Part shown: positions 31,410-40,584 of the stretch, in pieces
How the letters are laid out: each line of letters starts with the position of its first letter
Numbering within the stretch: the stretch's first letter is position 1
NCBI GenBank assembly: GCA_030167865.1
Contig: JALAGF010000526.1
Span: 1 to 40,584 of the forward strand
DNA from: Craspedostauros australis
Taxonomy: Eukaryota
Length of the DNA stretch: 40,584 nt
Direction of reading: 5' to 3'
The notes under the pieces: generated by a model
What the model saw: only the letters and a program-made list of their open reading frames with translations
Told to the model about the DNA's origin: nothing
Databases searched by the model: none
Made by a program: the position numbers and the translations under genes

Positions 31410-31849
31410 ATGAAACAGCCGACTATAATGTCTCTGGCACACTACTTAGGCAACGGGAATGTGTGAGGAAACGCAGTTTTAGCCGGAGTAGGTAGGTAAT
31501 AGATCGTACAGATACAGATCCGCAATCCTGTGCTCTAGTTTGCCTTTTGTTAGTTTGCGACTCTCTGCGAGCAGATGTCGCACCTGTGTCACATGACTTC
31601 TCGAGATCGATTAAATTAACACGTCGCAGCACCACATTGCCCACTGCGACTTTCGCAAACAACAACCACCACCAACAACCAACGCAACGCGAGATACACG
31701 ACACAGAGCAACACAACTTTCACATGCTCTGCTCTGCTCTGCTCTACGTCTGATAGATGGCCCTCATACTCTGCAACTATTATATACGATAATAAGATAA
31801 GACTATAATAAGACTCTAACAATATTATATATCCGATTGAAAAGCAGAG

Positions 31850-34800
31850 ATGGCGAAGCGCCGAAAGACATCAGGAAGGGCATTAAGCTCCACAGCAAGC
31901 TCTGCAGCAAGCTCTGCAGTTGCAGCAGCCTCCACAGGTGGTGGCCGGGGTGGCAAGTCTGCGAGCAAGGATGCTGCGAACGCAAGAGAGGCGCAGAAGT
32001 CAGTGCACACGCACAGCAGCAACGGCAAGAGCGACAATGCGGAAGCCATGGACTTGATCCTGACAAGCGAGAAGAAGCGCAGCGTCTACGAATGCGATTA
32101 CTGCAAGGCCGACGTCTCCCAACAACCGCGCATCCGCTGTGCGGTGTGCTGCGAATTCGATCTCTGCTTGGATTGCTTCGCCACGACGGATCATGATGCG
32201 GCCATGCAGCGATTGCAAGCGGCGGCATCGGCGCATTCGGAGTTGGTGTCGGACGGCATCGAAAGCAGCAGCGGCGTGCTCTCGATCGCTGCGGCCAACC
32301 ATCGCCAGTCCCATGGATACCGCGTCTGCGACAGCGCCAGGTATCCCATCCTCATCTCTGCCAACCGCTCGTTGGTGGGCAGCACGGGCACTCTCTCGTC
32401 CTTGGCTTCGGGTTCACCGCGAGCATCCATCTTCAAGGCCGGGGCGAGGGGAGCTCGTTCCAGTGTTGCAGGTGCAGACGCAGAAGCACCCACCACTCCG
32501 GACAAGGGTCCAGATGCAACGATGAAGGAAGATGAAAGCGAGGACTACTCGACGCCCAAGTCAAAGCGTTCGGCAGAGTTTGTGTTGGTGCAGGATAAAG
32601 GTATAGATGGGATGAGCGTCGTCGCACCCACGCATGGCAACAAATCAGACGAGACGAAGATGGAGATCAATGCCAAGCAGGCGGCTGGCGTCAATCATGA
32701 AGCAGGCGGATCAGAAATGGATGTTGATGACTTTGGTATTGGTGCCACCGGTACTCCTGATGCCAACATGTCACCTCAGAAACAAAGCGAAGCAATGCAG
32801 GTTGATGAGATCAACGATAAAGAAGCAACAGTGCAAGCAACGGCCGCGGCAATCTCCACACCCGAAACGAACAAGCAGAAGAAGGTTTCGGAGGGAGAAG
32901 GAGAACAAGCTTCAGAAATGGACGATGTGGACATGGAGGGTGGAAAGCGAACCGAGGAAGAAGACCAAATTGCTCCTCTCACGGAGAAGACAAGCTCGTG
33001 CTCACTTCCATCCTCATCTCCATCCAAAACCACTCCTTCGGCATCACCAGCAGCGACACCACCAAAGACAACAGCAATGCCGATGGCCACATCACCATTC
33101 AAGACACCGTCAAAGTCACCATCGAAGTCACCGCTGAAAAGTCACACGATGATCGTCGCCGACGATCCCAAGTCCATCTGGACTGCCGAGGAGGATCTGC
33201 GCTTGTTCGAGGCCATCCTCACGCATGGCATGGGCAACTGGTCAGAAGTATCCGAGGCCATCACCGGCAACGGATCCACGGGCAAAACACCCAAGCGCTG
33301 CATGGAGCGCTACTTCGACGACTACCTTGGCCGATACGGCCACATCCTTCCGCAGTTCACGGTGGTGGACGATGGCAATCAGAGCACAAACGATGACGTG
33401 ACATCATCATCCAACGGCAACGGCAATGGCAGTTCCTTGGCAGATGGCACACCCGGTGCATCCATGAACACGGCCGCATCCCCCAACAGCAGCAACAACA
33501 CCACCAATAATAGCGACGGCCAAGCCTCCCATTTCGAGGATGAGACGATCCGATTGTCGAAACGACGTCACGCACAGCTCATGCGCAGCCCCAGCAACGC
33601 CAGCGGAAGCTCCACCGGCGGCCGCTACGCACGCAAGAAGATCCGAGTCGTCGAGACGTCCGCATTGCCGGGATATGCCGACTACTGGCCGACGCCGAAG
33701 CTCCCACCCATCGATGGCATGTTTGCGGGCAAGGAGGTCGCGCGAGAGCAATCCTACAAGGCAGAGCTGACCTTCGTCAAGGCCATGAACGCTGCATCCT
33801 CCAAGGAGGAGGCAGATCGCATCCGCGAGGAATGGCTGGCCACCCGCATGAAGGAACCAGGCGCCCCCACCGTTCTGCCACCTCGCATCGATGACATCTC
33901 GGGGCTTCCCGGTGCCGACTTGGCGGGGTACATGCCACGACGCGGCGACCTGGATGTGGAATGGGAGGACGATGCCGAACAGTCGTTGGCCGACATGGAG
34001 TTCAACCCCGGCGATTCGCAGCAGGACAAGGAGCTCAAGCTGCAGGTGCTCCAGATTTACAGCCGCAAGCTGGATGGTCGTGAGAAGCGCAAGAAGTACC
34101 TCCTGCAGCGCGGCCTGTACGACTACCGCAAGCACCTGCGGGCCGACGAAGAAATGCCCACGGACGAGCGGGATCTGGTCCGCCGCATGCGACTGTTCGA
34201 GCGATTCCACACGCCGCAGGAGCATGAGAAGTTCCTGGCGGACATACTGAAGGCCAAAAGACTGCGCAAGGAGATCGCCAAACTCCAGATGTACCGGCGC
34301 CTGGGTATCCGTTCCTTGGCTGAGGCCGAGAAGTACGAGCTCGACAAGAATCGACGTCAGTTCCACAAGCTGTCGCAGCTGCAGAAGGAAGCCGAGCTCA
34401 AGAACCAAGGCGTGTCGGACGAAAAGGCGGCCACCGCATCCGGAAACATGAGCCGATCGTTGCCCGGCAATCGGTCGTTGTGGAAGAAGTACTGTGACAT
34501 CGGCGACGACGAAGCATCCAAGAAGAAGGACGAAGAACAGCAGCAGAAACAGAAGGAGGAAGGGAAGAAGACTGGCGACGACAAGAAGGGAGACAAATCC
34601 GCGAAGGGCAAATCATCGTCGAAGAAGGGTTCGAAATCTTCCTCGAAGAATAGCAAAAGCAAAGATTCCAAGAAAGATGGAGGCGCCAAAGCAGGGGCAA
34701 TGGCTGACGGCACGAAGAAATCAGCAGAAGATGCAGCAGCCGGCACCTTCGACATTTCCAACCGTCAAGGCTACGAACTGCTCTCACGCAAGGAAATCAA

Positions 34801-35005
34801 ACTGTGCCAGCGCATGGAGTTGTATCCCACGCAGTATCTGCAAATGAAGAAGGCATTGCTGTTCCAATCGATGCAGCAGGGGTTATTGGACAATGAGAAT
34901 CCCAACTCGAACAAACGGACGATCGTGAAGATGGACATGAAACGGCGCGGGCAGATCGTGGAGTTCATGGTCCGAGCAGGATGGATCTCAAGTCAGCTGA
35001 AGTAA
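31850..35005 (+). CDS. ADA2: Transcriptional adaptor 2 (SAGA/ADA complex subunit), 1051 aa
   Basis: ZZ finger YECDYCKADVS..RIRCAVCCEFDLCLDCF; SANT WTAEEDLRLFEAILTHGMGNWSEVS; GYMPRRGDLDVEWEDDAE; C-terminal SWIRM GYELLSRKEIKLC...YLQMKK...FMVRAGWI. Confidence 0.93.
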   Translation: MAKRRKTSGRALSSTASSAASSAVAAASTGGGRGGKSASKDAANAREAQKSVHTHSSNGKSDNAEAMDLILTSEKKRSVYECDYCKADVSQQPRIRCAVCCEFDLCLDCFATTDHDAAMQRLQAAASAHSELVSDGIESSSGVLSIAAANHRQSHGYRVCDSARYPILISANRSLVGSTGTLSSLASGSPRASIFKAGARGARSSVAGADAEAPTTPDKGPDATMKEDESEDYSTPKSKRSAEFVLVQDKGIDGMSVVAPTHGNKSDETKMEINAKQAAGVNHEAGGSEMDVDDFGIGATGTPDANMSPQKQSEAMQVDEINDKEATVQATAAAISTPETNKQKKVSEGEGEQASEMDDVDMEGGKRTEEEDQIAPLTEKTSSCSLPSSSPSKTTPSASPAATPPKTTAMPMATSPFKTPSKSPSKSPLKSHTMIVADDPKSIWTAEEDLRLFEAILTHGMGNWSEVSEAITGNGSTGKTPKRCMERYFDDYLGRYGHILPQFTVVDDGNQSTNDDVTSSSNGNGNGSSLADGTPGASMNTAASPNSSNNTTNNSDGQASHFEDETIRLSKRRHAQLMRSPSNASGSSTGGRYARKKIRVVETSALPGYADYWPTPKLPPIDGMFAGKEVAREQSYKAELTFVKAMNAASSKEEADRIREEWLATRMKEPGAPTVLPPRIDDISGLPGADLAGYMPRRGDLDVEWEDDAEQSLADMEFNPGDSQQDKELKLQVLQIYSRKLDGREKRKKYLLQRGLYDYRKHLRADEEMPTDERDLVRRMRLFERFHTPQEHEKFLADILKAKRLRKEIAKLQMYRRLGIRSLAEAEKYELDKNRRQFHKLSQLQKEAELKNQGVSDEKAATASGNMSRSLPGNRSLWKKYCDIGDDEASKKKDEEQQQKQKEEGKKTGDDKKGDKSAKGKSSSKKGSKSSSKNSKSKDSKKDGGAKAGAMADGTKKSAEDAAAGTFDISNRQGYELLSRKEIKLCQRMELYPTQYLQMKKALLFQSMQQGLLDNENPNSNKRTIVKMDMKRRGQIVEFMVRAGWISSQLK

Positions 35006-35305
35006 ATATTACTTGGACGACATGGAATGGTGTTGTATGGGACCTACGCATGTCCGAGTACTTAGAATGCATGCGTACATGGGTGAATTGGATGGATGAA
35101 TGGATGAGGGTAACACAGTAGTACGGTATCCAACGACTGCGCACGAGTAAGATTACCAAAACACCGCAGACATGCATCTGCCACTTCGTGGATGTTCTCG
35201 CATGTGCGCCATTCATCGTGTTACGGCAATGTTCATGGAGTACATGTCGTCAGATACTAGTACGTGCCATTCAGGCATCATACACATACTGGTAGGTGCA
35301 GCCCA

Positions 35306-36379
35306 TCACTTGGTTTTGGCGGCGTTGTACGACGCACCCTGATCCAAGCTCTCCCGACCCGGCATGTCGGATGAGTACGATCTCCAGTACGGAAAGCTCG
35401 ACGCTTCGGTGATGGACCACGCCTTTTCGAAGGCCTCCAGAACATCGTCAGGCAGCCCCCCATCATCTTGAGATGCCGCCGCTTTGCACGATGCCAGATT
35501 CTGATCCAGCTGCTCCAGAGAACTCGCACCCAGCAGCAACCCATCGGACGGTGTCAACTTTGAATGACGCAGCAACCAGCGGTAGGTGGCCTCAATCATG
35601 GAGATCTCGTTATGGTCGCATGCCTCCCGAATCAACGCCAATGCCTGGAAGTTGGAGTCGGTGTAGAATCGTGGCAGATAGTTGGGGTTGTTCTGGAACC
35701 GTCCCTTGGCGACATCATCGCGGGATTTGTGCTTGCCCGTCAACAGTCCTGCCGCCAACGGGTTGTACGCAACGAATGCGCAGTTGTTGGCCTTGAGCAA
35801 CGGCAGCAGTTCAGCCTCGACGAGACGATTCAACGGATTGTAGAGACCCTGGTACACGGTGGGCGGTGTCAGATTGTGCTCCTTGCACAGCGCGAAGGCA
35901 CGTGCCATCTCGCTGACATGATAGTTGCTCATGCCCACCACGTTGACCTTGCCGTCCTGGACCAATGCGTGGGCGCATCTGAGGCTGTCGAGCAGCGGAT
36001 GCTCCGTGTCAGGTTGGTGCAAGTAGTACTCCTCCACGGATGGCACATTCATGGCCGTGATGGAGTCTTGGAACTGCTGTCGCATGCCATCCGGTGACAA
36101 TCCACCAGGCTGCACCGAGGGATGCGCCTTCGTGCCAACGAGAACCGCCTTGCCGGCATCACAGCGCTTCAGCACCTCGCCCACCATGGGTTCCGTGTTG
36201 CCCCCAGCATACACCCTTGCAGTGTCAAGACGATGATCTTTGACGTCGAGATCCTGATTCGCTTGGACAAAGCGCCGCATCATTTCCGATGCCACTGACT
36301 CATCCACAACGGACGACGTCTGCGAGCCCCATGCGAAGGTCATGCTGCCGAGGTACAGTCGTGGGATGGCGATCTTCAT
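35306..36379 (-). CDS. Aldo-keto reductase, aflatoxin B1 aldehyde reductase (AKR7)-like, ~357 aa
   Basis: LYLGSMTF, LDTARVYAGGNTE, GTKAHP, YYLHQPD, VGMSNY, PTVYQGLYN, AYNPLAAGLLTGK, RWLLRHSKL, LLGASSLEQLDQNL. Confidence 0.93.
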   Translation of the reverse strand: MKIAIPRLYLGSMTFAWGSQTSSVVDESVASEMMRRFVQANQDLDVKDHRLDTARVYAGGNTEPMVGEVLKRCDAGKAVLVGTKAHPSVQPGGLSPDGMRQQFQDSITAMNVPSVEEYYLHQPDTEHPLLDSLRCAHALVQDGKVNVVGMSNYHVSEMARAFALCKEHNLTPPTVYQGLYNPLNRLVEAELLPLLKANNCAFVAYNPLAAGLLTGKHKSRDDVAKGRFQNNPNYLPRFYTDSNFQALALIREACDHNEISMIEATYRWLLRHSKLTPSDGLLLGASSLEQLDQNLASCKAAASQDDGGLPDDVLEAFEKAWSITEASSFPYWRSYSSDMPGRESLDQGASYNAAKTK

Positions 36380-37261
36380 GATGGCTTTGCTTTGAAGAGT
36401 TGTTTCGAGGAGTTGCCTGGAGTGATGCGTGGAGTGATGCGTGGAGTGATACGCTCGTGTTTGCTTCAAGTTATGACTATGATTGTGCTGGCTGCTCCTC
36501 TCTGCGTGTTGGCATGAGCAACTCCTTCTGCGAGACGAGACGAGATGAGACAAGACGAGACCAGATGGGTGTGATGTCTCCATTTGTGCTGATGTCACAT
36601 GATCGATTTTGTTCGAAAGATCGGCGGCGGCGAAGTTGGTGGTGATCGTCGGATATGTTTGAATTGTGCCAAACGTGCTCTTGAGTTGAAGTTCACGAAG
36701 GGACAGCCTACCAACAACTCAATGGTGTCCCTTGTCGACGCCTGAAAATCTCCTTATTGGTGCGAAACTTCTCAACTTCAACAACAGCAACACCCTCCTT
36801 CTCCTCCCCTTTTCTTTCATTCATGAGCCGTTCCTGACCCCATAACCTGATTGATTCGATCCACGTCGTCCTGAGGGCTATGCTCCTCAGATCCTTTGGC
36901 TGCAACTTGTCTCAATTCCATACCTGGCTATGGCAGCAATCCTACTGTCCCGGTCATGTCATGGAGATCCAGTTTGCTTCAACGCAAGCATGGAATCCTG
37001 CCGTGAATTCCTAATCCAATTGCTGCAACATCTTCTTTGTACCTTCAACTCAATGCTATGCTGAGATGCTCTAAACCATGATGCAATTGCAATCAAGGAA
37101 ATGGGTGGAGAAAGGAACAGAGTCTGCCCTCAGCACTGAACCACAAGGATAAGTGCAGGGCCGTATCAGCCATGTGGGCATCATTTCTTCATCCTACCAC
37201 TACAACTAACTATCTCATGATAACCACAAGCTGGGACTATTACAACAATCACTGCTCTTGT

Positions 37262-37560
37262 TCATTGTTGCAGTTACAACTGCTTCAAATGCTCACACCT
37301 TGCCCACTGCATCAAACAGTCTCTCTTCAACACCAGCAGTCAGCTAGGCCTTCCCTCTGGATCGTGTTGCTCACAGCACACAAAACTCCAACTCGACTCA
37401 AGATCAGTACAAACAACACTATTCTATTCATTGTCAATGCTACTACTTCCCAGGCGATCATCCCTTGTGAACAGCATCAAACAGTTTCCTAGAAACTGGC
37501 AGTCAGCAAGGTCTTCCCTTCTGGATCATGTCACGACAGTACACAAAAATCCAACTCTGT
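37262..37560. repeat. Degenerate ~165-bp tandem duplication in non-coding, CpG-poor DNA
   Basis: gcatcaaacagt...cagtcagctaggccttccctctggatcgtg...acacaaaactccaactc (~37310-37397) recurs as gcatcaaacagt...cagtcagcaaggtcttcccttctggatcatg...acacaaaaatccaactc (~37473-37557). Confidence 0.7.
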
Positions 37561-38519
37561 ATGTACAATCGTGCAGGTGTGGCGTACTACCAACAACGAT
37601 GCCAGTAGACCATGACAATTTCGCCAGTAGCCCACTCGTAACAGCGTGATATCGAGGGAGAGGCACGGCGTTGTTGACGGAACACAATTGACGACGTCGG
37701 ACGTCTTGAGCTGAACGACTGCTTCGAAGACACTGTTCCTCACAAACATTGTGTTAATGGCATCTTTGACATTCGTTGGGACATGGTGACACAAGATGGC
37801 AGACATCGAGAAACAACAAACAGATTTACCGCTGCTTCCATTTTCAACCCTTCTTGGTCGGAAACATGCCAACCCCATGTCGCATTGGAATCTTTTATCA
37901 ACGGACGAGTAATGTGTATCAGGGTTGGAGCGTTCATGCCAGGGCTACGCCCACAAAGGAACAGGCCCAGTTCACCTCTCGTGTATCGGAAGTTGCAAGA
38001 AGCAAGACTCTGCTCCTGGATACATGTTTCAAGACTAAATCGCTACCCACGTATCCCCAATCAAACTTCGAACAGGTGTTGCATCCTGTAAAGCGCATCC
38101 AGCTCTCGTTCCGCACGAGCTTCTGTTGCCTGCTTGTGTTTGAATCACCGAGGGAGATGATCAGGAAAGACCCTTCCGCCACCACAGTTGGCGAGTCTTT
38201 TTCTCTCTGTCGTTTTTCACCGCGTCAGCGCGCGAACACGATCGTCGCCCAATAGCAACGCACAACGAAGGGCGCGGTGGGTCCACACCACCACCTCTTT
38301 GGGTTTCATGGGCGCGATGATTTGACACGTCAGGAAGGGTCATGCCGCGCCATAGAGTAAATGTTTGGCATCGGAATCGATCCATGGAGTCATTGTGTCC
38401 AACGGCGATGTAATCAGTCGTGAAGGTTCCAATTGCGGAGGAGCGTCGGCCTCCTTGGCATCCATGCCATTCTCTGCACCATGTTGTCTCATCCACAACA
38501 TCGGGATCGCAAACAAAAT

Positions 38520-39764
38520 AGAGACTTCCTGAAACCCGAAAATTAAATCGTGCGGGCAACTCATAACCCAATACTGCGACATTTCGAGCCGGCCATGCCC
38601 AAAAAAAGTTTCGGGAAATGGCCATCTGGGGCCTTTTTTCGGGTTGGAGGAAGATCCCGAAATACCTTGTGTCCCGTGAAGCATCTACTTCCACGCGGAA
38701 TCATTGTACGGCCCAAGGATCCACCAATAAAATACGCTTATTCGTAGGCTACCACGTTCTATGTAAAAACTATATCGGTACCTTAATTAGTAGTGCTATC
38801 GTTGGAACACTAAATTTATGCTTTACCATACTTCATCACCTTTCGTGGTAGATGCCCCAACTTTCTTTGCAGATATGGACTCCTCACAAGCTGAAGATCC
38901 GTTTTACCCTCTTGGGTGTGTTTCTATCTAGGTCAGTAATTTTATTTGTGGCTTTAAAGTGGCAGCAATATTGGCAATGTCGTTTCTTGCCATCATCCTC
39001 GATGATGTGTTTGCGGTCTTCGTACACACCCATTAACCTTTCCTCGCTCAACACTGGTTGAGTGCCGCTCATCCTCCTCTTCGTTCTTGGAGATGGCATG
39101 CTCTGGAAGAGGAAAGTAATGTATCCCCGAAGGCGAAAGACAACGACAGTTCCACCGGCTTTGATGCGCAGAAAAACGCTGTGATGCTGTGACAATCTAC
39201 GTGCCACTGAACATTTTCGCTCCAGTCCCGCAGTCCAAATTCAATTCACGAGTACTTCAGGCTCGATAAGCGATAAGATGGCAGTAAGAAGTATAACATA
39301 TAAACATATAGATGGAAAGCTGTGCTCAAGGGCTTTCGAAAGATGTGAATAAAGTGTCATTTTACACGTAGAGTTGTCGTCAAGAATTACAATAACTGAA
39401 ACTGAAAATGTTATACAATATATCATATCGTCTAGTTCATATAGAGACAAACAAGCCGACACCCTCAATGGCAACGCCTCCGACGCAGACGAACGAAACC
39501 GATGAGACGGATACAGCTCAGGGATGCCGATGTGGATGTGAGGAACAAAATGTGTTAGGAGGTTGGATGAATGAGACGAAGGAGCACAGGAACCATTTAG
39601 AAAACTACATTTTCGTTGCTAGTCTTGCATACGACCCCCTTGATTCGAATATTAGTTCACGGTCGGTGACGTCGGTCATATTTCGGGCCGTTAGTTTCAG
39701 ACGTTATTGATAGTCACAGTGCGTGTCGTTTCGGGAAACTGGTTTCGGGTTTCAGGAAGTCTCT
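38520..39764. mobile_element. Non-autonomous TIR DNA transposon (~1245 bp), superfamily unresolved
   Basis: Perfect 22-bp inverted termini AGAGACTTCCTGAAACCCGAAA (38520-38541) and TTTCGGGTTTCAGGAAGTCTCT (39743-39764), flanked by AAT on both sides (38517-38519, 39765-39767); alternatively 21-bp TIRs with a TA duplication. Subterminal TTTCGGG/CCCGAAA copies at 38609, 38637, 38656, 39681, 39729; AT-rich interior. Confidence 0.88.
38836..39207 (-). pseudogene. Degraded transposase C-terminal Cys/His-rich zinc-ribbon fragment (piggyBac-CRD-like)
   Basis: Reading through one stop gives KRHCQYC...RVKRIFSL*GVHICKESWGIYHER*, which fits CxxC...CxxC-x-V-x-(I/L)CxxC(F/W)xxYH if TTC, TGA and AGT are single-base decays of Cys codons. 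Confidence 0.55.
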
Positions 39765-39891
39765 AATGGTCCAAACAACCAACAAATCAACTCTTCATCT
39801 CATTAATCCATCCAAGTTGTCAACCAACAACACCAAACAAACAACGATCAACCCTGAACGATCAATCACCAACCACCAAGTACCGACAACC

Positions 39892-40458
39892 ATGATCCAC
39901 ACCAAGGCAGCCTTCGTCGCCTTTCTCGCTCTCGCCAACACGGCAACGGTCCACGCCGTGCTCCGCGGCAACAGGACTCCAGTGGATCCAACCGAGGAAC
40001 TCCACATGATGATGGTGAAGACCCGCATCCTCAAGGACGCCGGCACAGATACGAAGACCAACAAGGGCAACAAGAACAACCAAGTGCCACCCACTGAAAA
40101 CCCGGCTGGCGCAGAAACGACCGCGCCAACCGCATTGCCTACTGGGTCGCCAACAGGGTTGATTTCGGAGATGCCCTCAATGACACCTGTCACTCCGCCA
40201 ACTGCTTCGCCGACCTCTCAACCAACTCTCCTGCCAACATCCAAGCCAACAGCGCCTCCATCCGGCTTTGATTCCACCATCGAGGTCATTTGCCAGCCAG
40301 ACGGTTTCACCACCCTCACATCACAAGAGAGAAACGCCAAGACTATCATGTGCAATGCCGCAAAATTATCATGCCGCCAGGCAGTGACCGCCGTTGTTGA
40401 AACAGGTCTCAATCCTGTTGCTCATGTAGACCGGGTTGGGCTACAATTGGTTCACTAA
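39892..40458 (+). CDS. Small secreted Pro/Thr/Ser-rich (mucin/PT-repeat-like) protein, ~188 aa
   Basis: Signal peptide MIHTKAAFVAFLALANTATVHA followed by VLRG; repeated APT/SPT/QPT/KPT motifs; Cys-containing tail. Confidence 0.7.
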   Translation: MIHTKAAFVAFLALANTATVHAVLRGNRTPVDPTEELHMMMVKTRILKDAGTDTKTNKGNKNNQVPPTENPAGAETTAPTALPTGSPTGLISEMPSMTPVTPPTASPTSQPTLLPTSKPTAPPSGFDSTIEVICQPDGFTTLTSQERNAKTIMCNAAKLSCRQAVTAVVETGLNPVAHVDRVGLQLVH

Positions 40459-40584
40459 GTTAGTTGTTCTGTTATCCCGGGTTTGTAGGTTGGTGATTTG
40501 TCTTTCTCTGCGATTTATGAGCTCGACTTGTCTGTCAAAAGTCAACTCATGTCAATCTCCAGTTGCCCTGCAAACTCGTGTAGT

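Overview
Gene-dense eukaryotic nuclear DNA, most consistent with a diatom or other stramenopile (short GT-AG introns, signal peptide + Phe plastid-targeting motifs, a diatom-type TPR-like gene). Twelve protein-coding genes can be supported: a hypothetical TPR-like protein, a SMARCAD1/Fun30-type SNF2 remodeler, a single-pass membrane protein with 4 extracellular Cache-like repeats and cytosolic WWE, SH3-like and PARP (mono-ART) domains, an intact but apparently catalytically dead BED/hAT transposase, a PITH-domain protein, a plastid AhpC/TSA-like protein with a 34x12-bp coding repeat, a 6-exon ERCC6L2-like SNF2 helicase with a 22-nt microexon, ETF beta, a Rubisco-LSMT-type SET methyltransferase, ADA2, an AKR7-like aldo-keto reductase and a small secreted Pro/Thr-rich protein. 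A ~1.25-kb non-autonomous DNA transposon with perfect terminal inverted repeats lies at 38520-39764. The standout candidate for an undescribed system is the Cache-TM-WWE-SH3-PARP gene, which reads as a cell-surface receptor ADP-ribosyltransferase built from bacterial chemoreceptor-type sensor domains. All domain calls come from motif recognition by eye; no searches were run.
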